A stretch of DNA of 64,000 nucleotides, from assembly GCA_026026165.1 (NCBI GenBank), contig JAPEUD010000042.1, positions 1 through 64,000 of the forward strand. Reading direction: 5' to 3'. The position numbers were made by a program, and so were the translations under genes. Position 1 is the stretch's first letter. Every line of letters starts with the position of its first letter. This stretch comes from Sarea resinae (taxonomy: Eukaryota). Below the pieces are notes generated by a model, which was given only the letters and a program-made list of their open reading frames with translations, did not search any database and had not been told where the DNA came from. Below are positions 54,181-64,000 of this stretch, one piece after another.

Positions 54181-57130
54181 CTACGCCTCCCCCTCGATGA
54201 TCTCAGCGCCCCAATCCCTCTGAATGCTCAGCTCAGTCAAGCCCTCCTGATTGCCGAGCACGAGGCCCTTCTCGTTCGCGAGATGCAGCAGGCAGATGAA
54301 ACAGTACGACGTGGAGATGTCGGCCATGGTCTGCTTCGGGTAGACGGCCTGCAGGTTATTCATGACCGAGGTGAATTTCAGCGGGGTCTCCGACGGCGCT
54401 GGCGGAGCGGGTTGTGCTGGTGCCTGTTCTTGTTCTTCGGCTTGGCCGGCGGGCGGTTGTGATGGTGCGGCAGGAGGAGAAGGCTGGAGATCCTGATCGT
54501 GGGGAGATGGGCGAGTTAGTATGGATTTATTCAACGCCGTCCACTCTTAGCACCGCTGAAGACAAAAGGGGGCCAGAGAGCACCATCCAGACCAGACAAG
54601 AGGAACATGTGAGAGGCAAACAAGGGAGGGGGGGTTGAGGGGCAACAAGGAAGGAGATCGAACAAACCTCAAGATCAATGCCGATACCCCGCCACATCTC
54701 CTCCTTCAGCCTCCGTACATCCACCTTCTTCGCCACACGCGCATACTGCATATACTCCGGCCTAGCTCTCCGACTTTGCGTCACAAGCTGCGAACCAAAT
54801 GCCCCGCCACCCTCAGCGTTCGCGTCAATACCTCCACCAGCCAATAAGCCCGCAAGGCCACCTGCTGCAGCGGCAGCAGCAGCCTCACCCTCCGCCTCGG
54901 GGGAGAACGTTTCCCGTGCGTCAGCGAACTCATCGTCGTCATCGTCTGGTAGACCACCGGGGAAGGCCAAGCCATCATCCTGGAAGAAGTTGGCGTCGTA
55001 ATTGCCCTGGCCTGCCTGGTCGTCTGCGGGGTCCGCAGACCCGGCAGGGTCCTCTTTCCGCGCCCAGAAGGCCTCATCCATGTCGCCGTTGGGCATATCC
55101 TCGACGCCACGGTTGGATGACTTGTTGGCGCCGCCGCTGCCGACGCCAACTCGTCTGGACCCTGTGCGGGCTTTGGGTTTCAGGAAGAGATGGAGCAGTT
55201 GGCGGGATGAGAAGTGTTTGTCGTCGGGGAGGAGATTGCGAGTTTTTGACTTCCATTGGGTTTTCGGCAGCGAGATGGAAGAGTTGGATGCGGCGGGTGT
55301 ATAGATGGCTTCGGCCAGACTAGGACTGAGAGGAGAGGAGAAATCGATGGCGAAGGGTTCCTTTTCTTTCCGCCGTGTACTAGTCGGGGTAGAGGACTTT
55401 GTCATGTCTTTAATTCTCCGTATCCGCCAGTGCTCTGGCCCTGCCCAGTTCTTGCGTAGAGCCTGGTCGAAGTAGCTGAGAATATCCTCGTGTCCGCCTA
55501 TGTTCTTGTCTTGGTTGAGCGAAACAATGTAGTCTCCACTCCCGCCCTCGAATCCTCCGACGGCCATTCCATCACCATCCTCTCCATCCGCTCCACCGTC
55601 ATGGTCGAAGACCCCATTGTGAACGCGCATCTGCGGCTCGATAGCCGCATCTCTCGCCCATGCTTCACCGCCTTCACCAAATCCAGTATCTGGGGGAAGG
55701 TCAAAACCTCCTAGCGCTCCGTCATCGTCGTCAAAGCCGGCAGGATTGTCCTCATCGAGGAATATTCCAGATTTATCGCCTAACCCTCCAGAAGTCTCTT
55801 TATCCCTTCTCCACTCCTCGGGAGCTTTCAAGAACGGCAGGTCCAAAGAGCCAGCCGGGTCGCCGAGATCGAAATTTTTCAACGATGGGCAAATATCTTG
55901 TTCATCTAGTCGCGCAAGATCGGGGAAGAACTTTGCTCCAAGAGAAGCTATGTCGACCTCGGCATCTTCTTCCGTCTCTCCGTCGTCGTCCTCTTGTAGT
56001 TCTGGGGTCCCATCTTCTAGCTCCTCGGCTTCCGGCTCTTCCACATTCGCATCGCTCTTTCTCCTTCTGGCATGCTGCTTTGCTGTCGCATCACCGGCAT
56101 CATCGCTACTGTCAAACACTATCCGCCCTCGTCCATCTATGGCCAGATGGTTGAGGAGTAGCCCCTTCGCACCACCTTCGTCAAAGTCCGCCGAGGCCTT
56201 TTTGAAGAGCGGATCTACCGAAAATTCCAGCTCGAATTTCTTCAGTTGTAGTGGCGCAAAAGACGCGGCCAACGTTGCTTCCGAAGACCTCTGTGCCTAA
56301 GAAGAAGTCAATTCCGTCACTGGTGTCATCTGAGAACGATGGAGCTCACCCTTTTCCTAGCCCTCTTCCTCACTCCATCTTCGCCCTCTTCATCCTCTTC
56401 CTCTTCACCGCCACCCTCGCCATCCTCTTCTGCTCCTCTTCGTTTCTTGTTCCCACTATCCGCTAAACCACTCAATAGCTTTCCCGTTTCTGTCGCCACA
56501 CTGTCGACCCGGCTGGTGTAAATTTTCACACATCCATCAAGAGTACAGCTAGCTTTCTGGAAGTTGACTCCATCGCCTTCCTTGAGTAAGGACATGTCGT
56601 GAAAGTAGTCGATGAGAGCGAAATTCCAAGAGTTCGTCGCATTGATTTTCTAAGCAAGTCAGTCGGCAGTCCCTGGCAGACCTTTCCCAGAAAAACGTAC
56701 ATTATCTGTAGCCATCTTCATCCACTCCTCGAAATTCGCCAAGATAGGCACCCGCTTCATCGGAGTCATGGCGCCTCCACCAACCACCATCAAATCTCCA
56801 TCCCCTTCATTTTCTTTGCCTCTTCCACCAAGAGGAGTCTTCGGGCTTCCGCTCACCACGCGGTCAGCCATGACCTTCCTCACCGGAGTTGCGGCAGCTT
56901 TGAGCTGGTTCATCTGAAGGTCATGCAACGCCTGCCGTGACTGGAGCCGGACCGCCTTTTCTCGCCGGTCATCATTCAAGGGTATCCTAGAGAGCCGGTA
57001 AGCATTTTGAAAGTTGCATGCATCAGCAGCTCTCGTACTTGACCGGCGACTGCTTCTGTGGCGTCGCATTTACCAAGCCCTTGGCAGGCGACCTGCCACT
57101 GGGCCGGGGCGGATTGGCGACTCGAGGCAT
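54181..57130 (-). CDS. BRN1: Condensin kleisin subunit (Barren/CAP-H/Cnd2)
   Basis: NFEEWMKMATDN|KINATNSWNFALIDYFHD, NFQKASCTLDGCVKIYTSRVDSV, DPLFKKASADFDEGGAKGLL, WAGPEHW, AKKVDVRRLK, FICLLHLANEKGL. Confidence 0.95.
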
Positions 57131-57236
57131 CGTGGATGTTGTTGCGAAAGGCACGACACTTTGAGTCGAAGACGTGCAGCAACCCGCAGCCGTCCCAAGT
57201 CGGTGCAGACCTGGTAGATCCTCGACGACGGATGCC

Positions 57237-57310
57237 GATGGTGGTGATGGTAATGGTGATGCTGATGCTGATGATACTGATGCTGATGATGCTGATGCTG
57301 ATGCTGGATG
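57237..57310. repeat. Degenerate (GATGCT/GATGGT)n simple repeat upstream of BRN1
   Basis: Read directly. Confidence 0.85.
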
Positions 57311-58190
57311 TTTACCCTTGGTCCGGGTCGCGTAGGGCGAGATGGCTCGGCGTAAACAAAGTGGATAAATCCGTCTCCAGCGGGTCGATTAATGCGGGGT
57401 GCGAGGGAGCCCGTTTGTGCAGAATCTCGGTGTGAATCCTACGGCACGCCATTGTCTGGCTTTGGCACCCACAATGGATGGATCCGATGGATTGCAATAG
57501 ATGTTCTTACAGATACAAAGTCTCCATCTCATACGAATCTCGAATCTTCCAATATTGATGAGTCTATTCCGATCCGAGATCAGGACAGAACGTCAGCATC
57601 ATTGCCGCGCAAATGCGTGCCATCACCAGAAGATGGTCATCTGGTGAAGGCGTCGATATCCATGGGGATTGGCGATTGGCGCTATGACGAAGGGTTCGAG
57701 GGGACCTTGGAAGTTGGTCGTAACCTGTCCGCCGTGGTTGGCTGTCGGTCCCGCTTGCTGCCAAGGTTGCACACGACTTCACCAGCATTACTCCGTACTC
57801 TACTACCTTACGCAGTACCTACCGTATCCTGCCATCGACGATATCTCCACTGCCAATGGCCCGCATCCTTATCCCGCCACAGACAACTGACATTGACACT
57901 TACACTCATCATCATCATCATCACCACAGTCACAGCCTCACTTGCACGCTGCCAGCTTCGAGGCTTTTCTCGTGTTGCAACCAGGCAAGAGACAATGGCC
58001 TGCGTCAGCATGAGATTGCTTGACACTTCCGCTCTCTATTAAATCCTACCAGTATCACCTTACGTCGACATCGACATCGACATCGACATCGACACCACTC
58101 TTCCGTCGAAGACCCTCAGCTTGACATCCAGATGATTTCTTCCTCCTCACCATCATCATCATCATCGTCATCATCGTCGTCATCGTCATC

Positions 58191-61100
58191 ATGCCCTATC
58201 CTTCCTCTTCTGTCACCGTGCACCACGGCATACCCTCGATCCGACGCAGGCCCAAATACTCCGTCCGCGCATTTTGGGTATCTATTCTTATCATATCTTG
58301 CATAGCTGTCATCAGTCTGCTTGCAGACAATGGCGCGCATATCTCCAGAAGGGTGGAAGATGGCGGGATCCGGCGCAGAGGGCTTAAGCATCAAGCGGGC
58401 ACACGGAACCTCTCCGCCATACAACCGACGCAAGACTTTCAAGATGTAAGTGCTGTCAATCAGCTTCAGTGCCGTACATGGCCTCATTGTAGTCTCAGTC
58501 CATGTCAGTTCTCGGCTAATTTGAGATGAAACAGTGTCGCCTGGTTCACAAAGCCGCCGACAAATGCGCCTTCGTCCACAGCAATTGTCCAGATGAAGAG
58601 GCCGGCTTGATCTCCTACCTATCGCTGTATTACTGTAGCCTTCCGCGCGCAAAACCGGTAGCCTTCATCATAATAGCTGTCTGGCTCGGCTTGCTCTTCA
58701 GTACAATCGGCATTGCAGCGAGCGACTTCTTCTGCATCAACCTTAGCACGATCTCGAGTATGCTAGGCATGAGCGAAAGCATGGCTGGCGTGACATTTCT
58801 GGCCTTTGGCAATGGAAGCCCGGATGTATTCTCGACTTTCGCCGCCATGGGCACCCACAGTGGCAGTCTTGCGGTCGGTGAGCTCATTGGAGCTGCCGGC
58901 TTTATCACCGCTGTCGTCGCCGGGTCAATGGCATTGGTACGGCCCTTCCAAGTTGCGCGGAAGAGTTTCGTGAGAGATGTGGGATTTTTCATCGTGGCAG
59001 TCAGCTTTAGTATGGTCTTCTTGGCCGACGGTAGTCTCCATCTTTGGGAATGTATCGTGATGGTGGGCTTCTATGTCTTCTACGTCGCCGTAGTCGTCGT
59101 CTGGCATTGGTGGTTGGGCCGAAGAAGAGAAAGAAACGCAAGAAAGGCAGCCGCCAGACGGGAATACTTTATGCCTGATGACCAAGAGATCCAGGCCGAG
59201 CCGGAGACCGACGAAGACGATGCCGATGCTGATGAGCGGACTAGTCTGTTAGCACGCACGTCGGAGGAAGATTTCAGTGCCTTGGAGCGTGGAGCTAGCC
59301 CGCGAATCGTACCTGCCGATGAAGATGATGAGGAAGAAGCTCGTGATAGGTGGCTGGCTGAGTTGAACAGCAATATGCGGGTTAGCCGTCCTCCGCGAGG
59401 CGAAAGACGAAACACTATCAATCCGATCCGACCCAGTCTGGTTGGCGCTTTGGAGTTTCGAGCTGTGCTATCTTCTCTTCAAAAGGCACAGCACATTCAG
59501 ACGATACCTCTCACCCCACCTCCTAATATAAGAAGGTACTCTGATGATCCAGTCTTTACGTTGGCTCACCAGCAAAACCAAATACCCACGATTGCCAATA
59601 TAGACCTTGCGCCCGATGAGGAAGTCAATACTATGGAAAACGAGAGTGCTGATATCCGGCCCAACGAGACTTTTGCTGCTAACAGACGACGAGCCGTATC
59701 TACCAGCGATGCAATGACTCTGCATCTCAATCATGCTGGCCGGGAACGAGGGGGTCTTTTGGAAGGCCAATCGCGTCGTCCACCAGCTGCTCGGCGGCCT
59801 AGTCACCCTCACTCCCCACTGGGTGCAGTTCCTAAAGGTACGCGGGTAAGCCCCACTCCGCCTCCCCGTTTGCGAATTCCCTCACCGGACCTCCTCGCTC
59901 CCCCTCAGGGGGGTCGCCATCTTGTCTCTCAGTCTCGGACCTCCCCACTTGCTTTCGAATACCGAGATTCTCCTTCAGAATCACCGAAAACTATGTCCCA
60001 ACAAATTCCTACACTAAATCTTCCGCCCCCTGTGCAAGATCAAGGCACCGACGCTTCTGGCCCTGCATCACCATTCCCAGTTTTCAACGAAAGTCTCCTA
60101 TCTTCTACCACTACTTCGCGCGCTCCAAGTATTCGCCTTCCATCTCCCAGTCTATCTCCTGTGTCTTTCTACCATCATGAAGAGTTTGGCACGCCTGAAA
60201 CGAATCCTATTTCGTGGTGGCCATACAAAGTTTTTCCGCCCCCTCAGGTCTTAGCATCGACGCTCTTCCCAACCCTGTATTCCTGGAACGATAAGAACAT
60301 CTGGGAGAGATTCTTAGGAGTCGTCGCAGCTCCAAGCGTTTTCATTCTAGCCATTACGTTGCCTGTCGTGGAGGGCGACAAAGACGATGACTCTATCGAA
60401 GCTTATATTTCCGATCCAGCGCTCCTTACTCCTGATGGTAAAATTTCGCGTTCTCGAAAAGGCACGGTTACTGTTCTTCCTGCTGACAGCCCGACGGAAG
60501 AGGAAGCCAATGAGTGGGGGGGTTTCAAACCATCTACTCAGACTCCTGCAGTTGTGAAAGATGAAGCTTCTCGCCGGCCCACTAGCAGAGGAAGCTTAGG
60601 TCTTGGGGGACATGGAAACACTGCGACCGTAGCGACATCAGCCGAAGACCAACATCAGGAGCACTATCATCAAGTTCCAAAGGCTGCACAGCGTCCAGCT
60701 TCTCCTCCACAGACTCTCGTGTCTCCTCGTGTCACCAAGAAAGAATGGAACCGGTGGCTTCTTTGTGTACAAATAATCACAGCTCCTTTCTTCGTCGTCC
60801 TGATTGTGTGGGCCAACTTGACTCCCGAACCAATGAATCCGCGCACCCTACTACGTCCGGTACTTTTTACACTGCTCGGCTCACTTGTTGCCCTCGTTAT
60901 TCTTCTGGTAACCACCTCTTCCTCTGAGCCGCCTCGATGGCATTCACTCTTCTGTTTCCTCGGCTTCGTCGTCTCCATATCCTGGATCTCGACCATTGCG
61001 AATGAAGTAGTCGGCGTGCTCAAGGCTTTTGGGATCATTCTGAACATATCTGACGCAATTTTGGGCCTGACCATCTTTGCCGTTGGTAATTCTCTGGGCG

Positions 61101-61483
61101 ACCTTGTCGCCGATGTGACTGTGGCTAGATTAGGCTATCCTGTCATGGCTCTCTCCGCCTGTTTTGGCGGACCCATGCTCAACATCCTCCTCGGAATTGG
61201 GATCAGTGGGCTGTATCTGACACTTCGGAAAGGACATCACTGGCATGATAAACACCCTAATCGCCCAACGAAATATAAGCCATACCAGATCGAGGTTAGC
61301 AGTACGCTGATGATATCCGCGATAACGCTGTTGGTCACATTAGTAGCGCTTCTCATCGTCGTGCCCTTGAATGGATGGAAGATGGACCGCAGGATTGGCT
61401 GGGGACTTATAGCCATCTGGTGTATCAGCACGGTGGGGAATTTGGTAGTTGAAATTGCCGGCTACGGTGGCGATTATACATGA
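58191..61483 (+). CDS. Cation/Ca2+ exchanger (CCX/NCLX-like sodium/calcium exchanger)
   Basis: Alpha-1 repeat AGVTFLAFGNGSPDVFS and alpha-2 repeat GLTIFAVGNSLGDLVAD...ACFGGPMLN. First exon starts at 58191, with an intron at about 58447-58534. Confidence 0.92.
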
Positions 61484-61959
61484 TGACTCTTTCTGTTACG
61501 TTGGCAGGGGTGGCGAACCCCCTCTTTGCATGAACGGGCGTTGGATATCCCCGGCGTCTACTTTGGGAAATTATTGAATGTGTGGATTACTCACACAGCC
61601 CTTTTCTTTCTCCTAAGCAGCTTTGAAGAACAAGTATACCATCATCTTCATCAATTACCAACTACTTCATTCCATAAACATCTTGTTGTCGCGAATTGCG
61701 AGGCTTAAGATGTAAAAGTCAGTGACACTCGTAGGTTTTGGTCCAAGGTCGAACCAAATTTATTGGTCGGTCTCGATGAACACTGTCTGGTATCTGTACC
61801 GGGCTAGATAGTCTGTGGCCAGAACTGAATAGATGCACACCGGACTGATGTAGAAAAGTACCTTACCTAGATGATATTGATACAGAGTCTACTAACTCTA
61901 GCACATCTGCTGTCTGCGTTGACTGAACCGGCCATCTATTGTTGTTTGTGATGTTCTTG

Positions 61960-62350
61960 ATTTTATTGTGAAGACAGTGTTTTAGGTATTATTTGTTAGG
62001 TTACAAGTAAGCGTTAGAGACTCAAGTTCTAGCTTTTATTTGAGTATTACCTTAGTGGTCCAGTATAGACTAAGAGCTGGCTACTAGATATCGTATGGTA
62101 TTGTAATATCTTCAGTTCCTATTATTGATTTTATCCTCCTTAATAGCATACAGAATTAATAGATGATTTCTGAGTCTAGAGTAGAGTCAAGTTAGATTTG
62201 CTATGATGTTTTATTGTATGTATTAAATTGTGTTCTTTGTCTCTTTAAAGTGGTAGAAATAAATAGGTCGGTCTTCATTTGATCCAAGGAGTATTTTCGC
62301 AGTTCAATGCTTTAATGTCTATAATCTCTATGAAGAATTTACTCATCTAT
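61960..62350. repeat. Short AT/TpA-rich tract, possible RIP-degenerated repeat relic
   Basis: Abrupt compositional shift with TAG/CTA excess; no intact ORF. Confidence 0.35.
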
Positions 62351-64000
62351 CTCGACGATTCACAAGGACTGGAGGAGACGGGAAGAAAAGACAAGAAATG
62401 GCGTGCTTCCACCGGGGCCAAGAGTCGTTTTCCGGAAAGGTTAAGCGGAGGGCCCAGGAAAATTTTCGCGGGGTCCCCCCAAACTGTGGGGGCCCGCGTC
62501 GGTTTGGGTGTAGTCGACCTTCGAAGCTTCTTCGATTATTCGCGAACAGGGGGGTTACATGGGGCGACCCATGGGGCGACCATGGGGAGATGGCGGGGAA
62601 GATCTCCCGTCCGTCTGTATGTCTGTCTGTCTGTTCTGTCCTCCTGACATGGGGCCTTGCTCCTGAGCCGTCCGCCGCAGGCCCGCAGCCAAGCCACATT
62701 TTTTCACTACTTGCCTACCCTGCTTGAGCCGGCGACGACGTCCTTAAAGAGGATGCACCACCCTGTCGTTCGCGGGACGTTAATTTCAACTGCATTCCTT
62801 CTTTTCTCTCCCGCTTTTCGTTTCGTGGTCGACGCGGTCGATTCTTGTGCGACGAAAGCGAGGTTTTCGTTGGAGGGATCGATATAGAGGAGTCGCATGC
62901 TTCGGCCATAGTATGGGATGGAGCGTTTGTTTTTCCTGGGATTGACCATCGCCGCCTTTCTGCGATATTCGCTACAGTCGCCGCCATCGGAAGACCTGGC
63001 ATTTACCACAACGAACGGGCAGCAATCTGGTCCTTGCTCACCTCCTCGCATAACTCTCTGCCTGAGCCATGAGTCGAATCTCGCTGCGTCTGTATTCGCT
63101 CAACACCTTGTCGTCCTGGCGGCTAATCTATGGGCCCTGTCCGCCATCTCCGGCTTCATACCTCCTTGGCTGCGAATATCCGGAGACCGTCAGATGGATG
63201 ATCCGGGTAGAACAGGAGTAGTCGAGGAGCAAGAGTGGCGATGCCTTTTGAGGACTGGGAAGATAACAGAAGGCTGACACCGAGGCCACCACCAGGAGAC
63301 ATGCGTGGTGTATGTGAAAAACAATATTCGAGGGTGTTTTCGTATGGCTATTGAGAAGGACACAAGGCCGTTGAGGATACCAATTTCGTGACAGAGCTTT
63401 GGAGATGGAAAACGACAAGGTCGCGCTCACAAGGACTGATATGACCAGGATCGACTCGAATGAAACAAGCTTCCCGGCATGATATTGATGCAGGTGTCGA
63501 AGCACCTTGTTAAAAAGAGAAGGAAGACATTGGGGAAAATGGGACGGAGGTCCAACAAGGCTTGACGGAAGCCAAAGGTCGCCGGAATATACAGAGCTTT
63601 TTCGCATGTATCCGTCATGTACCGCGCGCGTCGCATTGCCACGAGAGGTCCTCTGTTGGCCCCGCGATCATCTATGGATATTGGCATCGATACTGTTCAA
63701 TTAGTTGCAGTCAGTGCTCTGGGTGCATTGGGTATCAGTCGTCGAAGTTGGAAAGCCTTCTCAAATGATACAGCGGCGACCGTGGATCGGAGATGTCATT
63801 TGAAGCCATCTCCAGATTGAGGCCATCTCCAGATGCAACTCCACTGTTTCCAGGAAATGGGGGATACCGTGGAATCTTTATCTTCCGCAGTACTCAAGGC
63901 TGGATTTGAGGCTCCATATATTCTCCATATATTCCACGTGGAAGAAAGCAGGCCTAAAATGGCCGTGGATGGACTATTCCGTCACCGTCACACCGATAAG

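Noticed and set aside
62900..64000. Possible Starship captain or transposase fragment
   Set aside because: No convincing tyrosine-recombinase or DDE motif could be read in any frame.

Overview
Filamentous ascomycete (Pezizomycotina-type) genomic DNA, with short GT-AG introns and CTRAY branch points. The left end (1-~4020) is an AT/TpA-rich block. It holds a Ty1/copia LTR retrotransposon on the minus strand, whose gag and pol are separated by one in-frame TAA, plus degenerate LTR relics. The rest is gene-dense housekeeping sequence: a GCK-III Ste20-like kinase, a UBX5-like protein, a Zn2Cys6 transcription factor, ECM29, a membrane dipeptidase, an RGD2/Rga8-like RhoGAP, CDC6, a WW-PhoD protein, eIF3m, a URA6-like kinase with a mitochondrial-type extension, an F-box-like protein, ham-8, FMP32, BRN1 and a CCX-type Na/Ca exchanger. 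The most notable observation is a small spliced gene that the ORF track misses (42806-43214, minus strand). Its C-terminal coding segment is tandemly duplicated so that the first copy also forms an intron, predicting two isoforms. It lies head-to-head with an uncharacterised conserved gene. Exon boundaries were read by eye, and family names come from motif recognition, not database searches.
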